Source of the DNA: Caecitellus pseudoparvulus
Taxonomy: Eukaryota; Protista; Bigyra: Bicosoecida
Length of the DNA: 64,000 nt
Assembly: GCA_965644315.1 (NCBI GenBank)
Contig: CBFFRQ010000032.1
Location: forward strand, 434,001-498,000
Reading direction: 5' to 3'
Each line of letters starts with the position of its first letter. Position 1 is the stretch's first letter. A program made the position numbers and the translations under genes. Positions 19,756 to 29,026 of the stretch are shown here, piece by piece. The notes under the pieces were generated by a model. The model was not told where the DNA came from, searched no databases, and was given only the letters and a program-made list of their open reading frames with translations.

Positions 19756-22620
19756 TCACTCATCTGGCTCCTCGAGCGCCGGCTCCGGCGCGCCCCCTGC
19801 GCTGCTCTGCAAGCTTGCAGCAATGGCAGCGGCGAGCTCTGGGTCGCCCTCGTCCGCCTGCTCCGCCGGCCCGTCGTCGCCGCCCAGCACGGCGGCGGCA
19901 ACTGCCGCTGTCTCTGCAGCCACAGCAGCAGCCGCGGCCTGCTCTCCCTGTGGCTGCGGCTGCCCGTCCGCACCCACTGGCATGGCCGGCGTGCCCGGCA
20001 CCCGGTACCCAGGCAGCAAGCTCTGCAGGAACAGCATGAAGGGGTTTTGGTCCATGTCCAGGGGGGCCAGCAGGCCGTCGCCCAGCAGGGGAGGCCCGCC
20101 TCCACCCCCGGCCGCAGCAGCCTGCGCCTGGATGTCGGCCAGCAGCTCTGCATCTTCATCCAGCCCGCCGCCACCCACGCCTTGGGCGCCAGCCAGGACG
20201 TCTGCAGCCATGGTCTGTTCGTCTTCTGAGAAGTCCGAGACAAGCGCCGCGCCATAGTGCTTCCAGACCGCCGCTGTGGAGGCAGCGTCAAAGAGGCAGT
20301 GAGGAGACAGACCGAACTCCTCTTCGGGAGACAGGACGTCCACGCCAGACACGGCGCAAAGGATGGCATGTCGCATGGCGCGGCCCTGCTGCACGACGGC
20401 GGCGGCCTGCCTCTGCCCGCCGGGAAACACGGTGCGGAAGAGGGTGGAGTCCAGGATGAAGCCGGGCGGGGGATCTGACCCCCCCTCCGGATCGCTCTCA
20501 CCTCCTGCCGCCACCAAGGCCAGGGCGTGGAACAGCAGCAGCGCCAGGCCTGCATCCTTCCACAGCACTGTATCACGCGCCACCATGACGTCAATGAGCT
20601 TGGTGTAGGCCGCCACAGCCTCAGGCGCCGCACCAGCCGCCTCTGCGTCCTCCTCCACACTCTCAGCCATGAGCGGGTGGCCCAACACAGCCGCCCACAC
20701 CGCAGCTTCGGGTGGAGTCCACCCAGCCACAGCAGCAGCAGGGCAGCCCGCAATGCCCAGCGCCACGCCACCCTTGCCGTCTGGCGGGGCTGCCACCTTG
20801 CCCCCCAGCTGGGCAGTCCCGACACTGGACTCGGTCAGGCCAATGCTGCCGGCCAGAGCCATGGCTGCGTGGGGGAAGAGTGCGACGGCGTTCACGGCTG
20901 CTGCCAGTGCGTTCGGGCAGCCGGTGGTGGGCGCCGCCGATGATCCAGTGCCTCGGCTGCAAGCAAGCCACAGCGCCGTGTCATTCCCTGCATCTGGCAA
21001 CAGCACACCCAGTGCGGGGGGGGTGACAAAGGGCACTGTGTCGGGGTGGGACTTGGCCCAGCTGGCCAGCGTGCTGGGCGTGCTGTGGCCGGCGGCGCTG
21101 GACACGGCGCCAGCCAACTGCTGGAAGGTTGCCACAGCGCGCTGGAAGGCGATGCTAGGTAGCAGCCACACAGACGCCTGCTGGGGAGCAAACCCCAGCG
21201 CCCCCACACAAGTCGAGCAGACGTCCCCCGGCACGTCAGCGCCCGCCGCCACAGGTGGCTGGCTCAGCCGACGAAGCCAAGCATTGCGCTGAGCCCGGCA
21301 AGCATAGTGCCCGATGCCCAGCAGCATGCGCTGGGGGTCGGCGGTGGGGTCCAGCTGCAGGACGAGGCGTGCCAGTTGCAGCGCTGTACGAGGAGCGCCG
21401 CCCTTGGCTGTGGCGTGGGCGTGGCGAAAGAGGGCGGTGAAAATGGAGCGGTTGGTGGCGTGGGCCCAGGGCAGGCGCACGCGACCCTCGCCCCAAGCAG
21501 CGAAGTGGGGGTGCCATGCGTGCTCCAGGGTGTACAGGGCGCGTCGCAGGAGCCGACTCGCCTCGTCGCCCTGCCGCGTCGCACGGTGGATCTCCGACAC
21601 CTGCAGGTTGCAGTCCACGTGCAGGGGGGCCACCTGCAGCATGCCCACGACAGCGTTGGGGTCATATGTCGCCACTCGCGCCGTGTACTCTGCCTGCATC
21701 GCTGCATAGGCGTCGCCATGCTCGTACTGAAAGCTCCGGCGTGTGACGCTGGCCCCGGGCTCAGGCACAGCCCAGGCGAGCAGGGGGCGGCCACCCTCAG
21801 GCGACAGCAGCACAGGCACGTCTGCGATGCCGCTAGCACGCTGGGGGAGCGTGGCATGCTGCACTGTGCCCTGGCGCATGCTGAGCCCCCCTGCCGTGCG
21901 ATGGCGAGGGGTGGGCCACTCTGCCTCGGGTGTGACCAGGTGGTATCGCTTGGTTGAGCGGGGGGCAGCGGCAGCTGCTCGCTTGGCCGCCCGAGCTGCG
22001 GCCTTGGCACGCCGACGTGCGCGCTTGCCCTGCTGCGGGGGTGCTGCACCCCCCCCCTCCTCCTCGCCCCCCTCCTCCTCCGCGTCCCCCCCAGCGATGA
22101 CCTGGGCCCCGAACAGAGCCTTGAACTCGCTCACTGGTCGCAGGGCGCTCTCGTCCACCTCTAGCACAGCATCCCAACGAGTGTCAGCATCCAGGTCCAT
22201 GGCGGAGCCGAGCAGGCCGGCCAGCAACGCTTCCTCTGCCGCCGCTTGAGCTGCGGCGGCGGCAGCCTTGCTGGCCTTGCCCTTGCCGCGCCGGGAGCCT
22301 TTGCTCTTTGCCGGGGCAGGCGCGCCGCCCGCGGGGGGCAGCGGGATCTGGGTAGCTGTCGAAGGTGTCCCTTCGTCATCGCTGCTTTCATCGCTTGAGT
22401 CAGACATGAGCTGTGCGGGGGAGGTGGCAACAGACACGTCAGGAGCGGCCTCGGCAGCCAACGCCAGCGTCGCGAAACGCACTGCAAACACCGTCGCTGT
22501 GGGGCGCGCTTCCTCCTCTTCGCTGGAGGACGACGCCTGCACATCTGCATCTTCGCCCTCGACTGGCGGGAGGGGCGCGGCCGGCTCACCGCGCATGCGG
22601 CGAAGGTGTCGGCTCGACAT
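19756..22620 (-). CDS. TCF25: TCF25/Rqc1 ribosome quality-control protein; probable in-frame intron 22482-22411 (~930 aa)
   Basis: N-terminal 'MSSRHLRR' plus acidic tract. Core 'DPNAVVGMLQVAPLHVDCNLQVSEI...LLRRALYTLE..WHPHF...RLPW....NRSIFTALFRH....K.G.PRTALQLARLVLQLDP..DP'. C-terminal 'FLQSLLPG' and a UIM-like 'ELAAAIAASL'. Confidence 0.85.
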   Translation of the reverse strand: MSSRHLRRMRGEPAAPLPPVEGEDADVQASSSSEEEEARPTATVFAVRFATLALAAEAAPDVSVATSPAQLMSDSSDESSDDEGTPSTATQIPLPPAGGAPAPAKSKGSRRGKGKASKAAAAAAQAAAEEALLAGLLGSAMDLDADTRWDAVLEVDESALRPVSEFKALFGAQVIAGGDAEEEGGEEEGGGAAPPQQGKRARRRAKAAARAAKRAAAAAPRSTKRYHLVTPEAEWPTPRHRTAGGLSMRQGTVQHATLPQRASGIADVPVLLSPEGGRPLLAWAVPEPGASVTRRSFQYEHGDAYAAMQAEYTARVATYDPNAVVGMLQVAPLHVDCNLQVSEIHRATRQGDEASRLLRRALYTLEHAWHPHFAAWGEGRVRLPWAHATNRSIFTALFRHAHATAKGGAPRTALQLARLVLQLDPTADPQRMLLGIGHYACRAQRNAWLRRLSQPPVAAGADVPGDVCSTCVGALGFAPQQASVWLLPSIAFQRAVATFQQLAGAVSSAAGHSTPSTLASWAKSHPDTVPFVTPPALGVLLPDAGNDTALWLACSRGTGSSAAPTTGCPNALAAAVNAVALFPHAAMALAGSIGLTESSVGTAQLGGKVAAPPDGKGGVALGIAGCPAAAVAGWTPPEAAVWAAVLGHPLMAESVEEDAEAAGAAPEAVAAYTKLIDVMVARDTVLWKDAGLALLLFHALALVAAGGESDPEGGSDPPPGFILDSTLFRTVFPGGQRQAAAVVQQGRAMRHAILCAVSGVDVLSPEEEFGLSPHCLFDAASTAAVWKHYGAALVSDFSEDEQTMAADVLAGAQGVGGGGLDEDAELLADIQAQAAAAGGGGGPPLLGDGLLAPLDMDQNPFMLFLQSLLPGYRVPGTPAMPVGADGQPQPQGEQAAAAAVAAETAAVAAAVLGGDDGPAEQADEGDPELAAAIAASLQSSAGGAPEPALEEPDE

Positions 22621-22927
22621 GCTGCTGCTTCACCACGCCTGTGCGGCTTGCAAGAGACTGCGCGGGGCGGACGGGGGGACAGGCCGCATGTGCACGTGCT
22701 GCTCAACAGTATTTCCATACATGGCAATTCTGTCCGACCTTCCCGCGCAGGCGGGGCTTCCTGGAGGGGCCCACGTGGAGGCGTCGGAAGGGGGGGGTTC
22801 ACTGCGGAATTTGCTGCTTCAGGCTCGCTCGCAGGTTCTCACTTTCCAACGCCCTGAGCTTCTTTGATACCCCGAGTTCATTGACCCACCTCTCGGTGTT
22901 CACTCGAACTTCTCCCCTGTACCAGTC

Positions 22928-23524
22928 ATGTACTCCCGTGCAGTGTCCAAGTCCGCCAACGTGGCGCGCGCCGTGGCCTCCCGCGGCTTTGCCACTGGCA
23001 AGGACGTCAAGTTCGGTGCTGAGGTGCGTCGGCAGCGTGCCGCAGCCCGCCACCGCTGAGCGGCCCAGCCACGTCCCTGCAACTCCCCTCACAGGCCCGT
23101 GCCCTCATGCTGTCCGGTGTGGACAAGCTGGCCGACGCCGTGCAGGTGCGTGTCAGCAGCAGCGGAACATGAGAGTGTCGTGGGATGACGTATTACCTCC
23201 CCTCGGAATGTCTCGCTGCACAGGTCACCCTGGGCCCCAAGGGCCGCAACGCCCTGCTGGACCAGCCTTTCGGGGCGCCCAAGATCACCAAGGTGTGTAC
23301 GGCTGCTGTGCTGCGCGCGGTGGCCGTGCAGCGCGCCAACTGGCGTGTTGGGCGGCGGCGCTGCGTCAGAGTTCTGCGCATGGAAGCTCGGCACCAGCAC
23401 ACGCCGCTGACGCCGCCCCGCGCAGGATGGTGTGACTGTGGCCAAGCACATCGAGTTCAAGGACCGCATGCAGAACATGGGTGCCCAGCTGGTGCGCCAG
23501 GTGGCCTCCAAGACCAACGACATT

Positions 23525-23561
<37 letters not shown>

Positions 23562-24937
23562 GCGCCATCTACAGCGAGGGCGTCAAGGCCGTGGCGGCGG
23601 GGCTGAACCCCATGGACCTGCGCCGCGGCATGCAGGTGGCAGTGGAGAAGGTGGTGGACTTCCTGGCCCAGCGCGCGACCAAGATCACCTCAACCGCTGA
23701 GATCGCCCAGGTGGCCACCATCTCGGCCAACAACGACAAGGAGATCGGCGACCTCATCGCCACCGCCATGGACAAGGTGGGCAAGGAGGGCGTCATCACC
23801 GTGCAGGACGGCCGCACGCTGGAGGACGAGCTGGAGACGGTGGACGGCATGCGCTTCGACCGCGGGTACATCTCCCCCTACTTCGCCACCGACCCCAAGA
23901 CGCAGAAGGCGGAGTTCGAGGACGCGTACGTCCTGCTGGTGGAGAAGAAGGTGTCCTCCCTGCAGAGCATCCTGCACATCCTGGAGGCCGTCCTGCGTGA
24001 GCAGAAGCCCCTGGTCATCGTCGCTGAGGACGTGGAGTCGGAGGCCCTCGCCAGCCTGGTGGTGAACCGCCTGCGCGCCAGCATGAAGGTGGCTGCCGTC
24101 AAGGCGCCTGGCTTCGGCGACAACCGCAAGTCCAACCTGCAGGACATCGCCGTCCTCACTGGCGGTGTCGTCGTCAGCGAGGAGGTGGGCATGAAGCTGG
24201 AGACGACCACCCTGGAGCACTTGGGCCGCGCAAAGAAGGTGTCCATCTCCAAGGATGACACCCTCATCCTGGACGGCGCAGGCGAGGCCGCCTCCATCGA
24301 AGAGCGCTGCACCCTCATCAAGGAGCAGGCTGAGGCCACCGCCTCCGAGTACGAGAAGGAGAAGCTGCAGGAGCGCCTGGCGCGCCTGGCAGGCGGTGTC
24401 GCTGTGATCAAGGTGGGCGGCGCCTCCGAGGTGGAGGTGGGCGAGAAGAAGGACCGCGTTGTGGACGCCCTGAACGCCACCCGTGCTGCTGTGGAGGAGG
24501 GCATCGTGCCTGGTGGCGGCACTGCTCTGCTGTACGCTTCCAAGACCCTGGATGAGCTGAAGGACTCTGCCGCCAACCAGGACATCCGGGTGGGCATCGA
24601 GATCATCCAGCGCGCCATCCGCCGCCCCGCGCAGACCATCGCCTCCAACGCGGGTGTCCCCGGCGAGGTGGTTGTGGGCAAGCTCCTGGAGAGCGAGGAC
24701 TTCCAGTTCGGCTACAACGCTTTCAGCGATGAGTACATGAACCTGGTGGACGCGGGTGTGATTGACCCCGCCAAGGTCGTGCGCACGGCCCTGCTGGATG
24801 CCTCCTCTGTCGCTGGCCTTATGACCACCACCGAGGCTGCCGTGTACGACTTGCCCGAGGAGAAGGGCGCTGCGCCTGACATGGGTGGCATGGGTGGCAT
24901 GGGCGGCATGGGCGGCATGGGCGGCGGCATGTTCTAG
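22928..24937 (+). CDS. HSP60: Mitochondrial chaperonin Hsp60/Cpn60; exons 22928-23023, 23095-23145, 23224-23292, 23426-24937 (575 aa)
   Basis: Presequence [22 protein letters not shown]; 'KDVKFG', 'VTLGPKGRN', 'PKITK/DGVTVAK', '[12 protein letters not shown]', '[13 protein letters not shown]'; GGM tail. Confidence 0.98.
24881..24931 (+). repeat. 9-bp coding tandem repeat (ATGGGYGGC) encoding the Hsp60 GGM tail
   Basis: atgggtggc atgggtggc atgggcggc atgggcggc atgggcggc ggcatg. Confidence 0.9.
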
Positions 24938-25207
24938 GCCTGCCTCGCACCCCACAGTTCAATGTACACCTGCCTGCGAAACCCCACGAGCCACTACATT
25001 GCGTTGAAAGTGCATCGCTGCAGTGTCAAACGGTGAGCTTACAGCTTGAGGGGCGCTCGTTTGAGGCACACTTCACCGCGGGGACCACAACAGCCAGCCC
25101 AGGCACCAGGATCACTTGTCCTGTGCCACGAGCAATCCAAGCACACACAGCTGCTGACCTCCGAGGGGGCTCGATAGCGCCGCTGTGAACACCCGCAAGC
25201 CAGCACC

Positions 25208-26327
25208 ATGATGAGTGGAGGAGGCAGTGATGGCGGGTTCTACGCTCCCCGCAACCGGGGCATTTGGGATGTCATTGACCGCCACAGGTTCTCCATCATC
25301 GTGTGGACTACTGCCATCATCCTCATTCTGTTTGTGTGGCATTTCATTAGCGACAAGGACTTCTCCTTCTTGATGGTGCGCTGGTGCAGTGCAGCTGTCC
25401 TGCGCACGCCAAGCCAGTCACTACTCCTGCGCGGCACCTCTCTCCTGGTCCACAGACACTGGGCAGCGTCTTGCGCATGGTAGCCTTTGTCATCTTAGTA
25501 GTGCATGTGCACTCCCAACGCAGTGCCGCAGGTGTGTACACGTGGCCCGGGCAGCGGGAGTGGCGCTGCTGCCGTTGCGCCCTCGCCACGCACGCCACCG
25601 TGCCTTGTGCAGGGTTGTCGCTGAAGACACTGCAGGCGTATGCTTGCGTCTTTGCATTCCGACTGTGCTCCATCTTGTTCTACGAGGGCTACCTCCCCTT
25701 TGACAAGTAAGCGGCCTTGCCAGGAGTACGCGCCTGCGCCACGCACACACTGCCTCTGTGCCCTGCAGGAGTGGTGATTGGTTCTACCAAGTTGTGGAGA
25801 TCATGGGCCTGCTCCTGGTGTTGTACCTGATCTTCGCCATTTCAACCACCTTCAACCGCAGCTACAGCGACGCGGTGGACTGCTTCGGGCGCCTGCCGCC
25901 CAACGTCCCCAGCAAGTTCGGCGTCGTGTGGATCCTGGCCCCTGCCCTCCTCCTCGCCCTCATCCTGCACCCCAACCTGAACGCTAACTTCCTCACCGAC
26001 TCGGCGTGGACCTTTGCGCTGTACGTGGAGGCGGTGGCCATCCTGCCGCAGCTGTACCTCTTCCAAACGCGCAAGGGAGGCATTGACGGCATGCTGGCAA
26101 ACTACGTCTTCGCCCTGGGAGCTGCCCGCATCATGCACCTGATTTTCTGGGTCTCCTCCTTCCAGGAGCTCAACGATAAGCAGTCCTCCCACTTCACGGG
26201 GCAGTACCCGGGGTACCTGGTCGTCCTCTCACAGGTCGTACACATCCTCCTCATGGGCAACTTCTTCCTGCTGTACATCGAGTCAGCTCGTCAGGGCAAG
26301 CCCATGTACCTTCCTGTCAATGTCTGA
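25208..26327 (+). CDS. ER lumen protein-retaining receptor family, ERD2-related protein; exons 25208-25375, 25456-25531, 25613-25706, 25769-26327 (298 aa)
   Basis: 'AGLSLKTLQAY', 'EGYLPFDK/SGDWFYQ', 'LHPNLN', 'WTFALYVEAVAILPQL', 'YVFALG'. The extra N-terminal TM is typical of ERD2-related proteins rather than canonical ERD2/KDELR. Confidence 0.9.
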
Positions 26328-26557
26328 GTGGGCGTGTGAGGGCGGCAAACCCTTTGCTGAGCTGCGGGGAGTGGATGGCTCCGAGCTGGAACCCCACATG
26401 CACCACCCTCAGGCAATTCACACGTTCACATCGGCGCCCCCCGACACATTTCACGTATGTAGATCCCATGCGTGGGCGCTTGCTTTCTGTCCCGTGTTCC
26501 TTGGCGGGCCCCCATCGTCCAGCTGGCTCCTCCTCGTCTCACGTACCCGGCACCAGC

Positions 26558-28052
26558 ATGGACGCCTGGCAAGCGTATGCTGAGCATGTGCGTCACAACC
26601 CCCAGAGTCTTGGGCGAGTACTTGAGCTGCTCAGGTCTGCGTCGTTCCTTGCCCCAGTGCGTTCCGCGTGGAAGAAGCCTCGCCGGGCCCCTGTGAGCAC
26701 TCCAATTCCGCACCTCCTCGCAGCCTGGCATGGGAGCGTATGGCGAGCTGCTGACTGAGCTGGTGTCCTCCTCGACGTCCCTGCTTGGAGAAGTGAATCA
26801 GCACATCCTGGCATGCCCTGAAGAGGCTGCCCCTCGGTACCCGCTGCGTGTGGGGGGAAGTCGACCTGGCGTGGACGGACAAGCTGTGCTGAGCACCTGC
26901 CGATGGGCGCTGACAGTGCTGGGGCACTTGGATGCCTCATTGGAACTGGCTGCTGCAGCCATGGGAGGCGAACAGACACGCCTTAATGTCATCACTTCCA
27001 TTGAAGTCCTGCGAGCAGTGCTGAAAGTTGCCGTGCTCCTCACGTCTGGCTCGCGCCACCTCATCCGCGGCGGCCAAGCACACCTGGACCTGCGGGCTCA
27101 GGGCGTGGCTGCTTCCAGGGCCCGGGCCGCCACAGCATATGCCCGCCGCCATGTTGCACCTCAGGGCCCCGAGAGTCCCGAGCCTGCCCAGCCCACGCCA
27201 TCCACCTCCCAGGCCCTCACCTCTGAAGTGCTGCCTGCCCTGCAGCCCGCCCCAGCCTCACAGCCACAGCAACCTGCAGACCCACAGCCCCCTACGTTTG
27301 ACGCCACTCCTGCCCAGGAAGTCGTGCCGCCTGTGTGGGTCGCGGGGCCCCGCTCTGGCCTGCGCCTGCCCGTGTCAGCCGCCACTCGTGCAGCGGCTGC
27401 CGGCGCTGCTGCGTCTGGCTCGTTCGCCAATCTTGCAGAGACGCCCCAAGTGGCCGCCTTACGCATGCTCGGGGAGCTCCTGCACATTGCACGCCCTCTC
27501 GTGCACACCCTCAGCATGCGCGCGTGGGGGTCACGTGCGTGGGCGCCGCTGCTCCTCAGCGCAGGCCTGGACCTGGCCTCCTGGCAGGCCTCTGAAGCTG
27601 CAGCCGTGCAAGGCGGGGCCGGGCCGGCGTGGTGTGATGGCCCGCCATCCCTCCTGGATGCCCTGCTGGGGCGGGGCCACCTTGCAGACATGTCTGTAAA
27701 GACTGAGTCTGGAGGCGACCCCGCCCCCACTGGCTTCGCAGGCGTGGTGGCCAACGTCGCCCTGCGCATGCTGTGCTGGGCTTCGATGGGGGCACTGGCG
27801 CCTCTTGGGGGGCAGGAGAGCGGCAGATGCTTGGCGCCTGAAGAGGAGCAAGAGCTGGCAAGTCGGCGCCGCGCGTGGGCGCTTTACCTCCTGCGCTCGC
27901 CGCTGTTCCGCCAGGTCACCCAGTCCGCCGCCCAGCGGGTTGCAGATGCTGCAGGGTATGTGCCCCTCCTGGGCTGGGTGGCGCAGTTTGCCGTCGGCAT
28001 GCTTGCCTACTACAACCGGGTGCACTTTTACAACTCAGGCAGCGCCAACTAG
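26558..28052 (+). CDS. PEX16: Peroxisomal membrane biogenesis factor PEX16; exons 26558-26656, 26724-28052 (~475 aa)
   Basis: 'YAEHVRHN', 'SIEVLRAVLK', 'LGELLHIARPLVH....WGSRAWAPLLLS..LD', 'EEEQELASRRRAWALYLLRSPLF', 'VPLLG', terminal 'HFYNSGS'. Confidence 0.88.
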
Positions 28053-29026
28053 CCCCACCCGGCGCAGTTCCTCAAGCGGAAACCTTGCCCCGGATACAAG
28101 GAGCGCGATGGGAAGACACGTGCGCTCTGGGCGTGTCTTTGATGATGAAATCGTCCGGGTTGGATCCGCACTTTGCACCCTTTGCCACGCATACACACTC
28201 GCTACGTCGCCCTCGACTGCTTGTTTTGCCCAGCACGCAGCGTAAGCTGCAGCGGAGCTTAAAATCGGACAGAAACCACAGCCAGCGCCTCGTAGGTGAC
28301 GATTCTTCCGGAAAGGCAAGCAGCTGGCTCTTGCTCAGGCCACGCTCCTTGGTCAGGGGCAGGGGAAAGCCGCACCATGCCAGGGCGGAAATGCGTCCGC
28401 TGGAAACGCCACCCGTGCAATGCGGCCTCCACTCAAAATTCAGCCTTGGCACACTCTACCCCTCGATACCTCTCGGTTGGGGGAGCACGGAGCCTCCTGG
28501 GGTTTCGCAGGCGTGAACAAATACGCTGCCCACTCTTGCTTTGCTCCCGTTGCCGCACCGCGACCCGCCACTTGCCCTCCACTGCTGCTGCTCTCGCGGC
28601 CCTTCCAGCCAAGTTTCGCGATTCGTGGAGGCGCACAGCGAAGTTTCTTCTGGTTTACACTGCATATCAGCCACATTCACCGTGAGTGAAGCGACAGCGG
28701 ACGCGTTTTCGACGCTTGGCTTTGCCAGGGGTGTGCGGGGTTACAAGGCGCGCAGAGCGCATTGCCCGACCGCCCGCCGCCCTGTGGGGCGATACTGCCC
28801 ATGTGTAGCAAGTATTGTCAAGCTCCTTTGCTAAGCTGCATGTGGCGCACTCATGGTCCCCTGGCCGCGGCATGGGCAGCAGGCGCTGTGTATGCGCTCT
28901 GCTGAAACGCCACGCCATCCCAGCGCATTGCCTGTGCGCTCTTCGCGCCACTCGGCGTTGCGTGGGGACATTCTCTTTGTAGGCATTCATACATTCTTGA
29001 CTGCTGCTCCCATGCACAGTGTTTTC

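Noticed and set aside
23293-23425. Longer (133 nt) Hsp60 intron 3 as a possible snoRNA host
   Set aside because: No RTGATGA box C and no convincing H/ACA layout; its CTGAC is better read as the branch point.
25026-25064. TCAAACG...CGTTTGA inverted repeat between Hsp60 and the ERD2-like gene
   Set aside because: A 7-bp stem is expected by chance, and a bacterial-type terminator is not relevant in a nuclear genome.
28300-28325. TCCGGAAAGGCAAGCAGC resembling SRP RNA helix 8; TGATGA box C-like word at ~28140
   Set aside because: No upstream CAGG or proper stem pairing for SRP, and no nearby CTGA box D.
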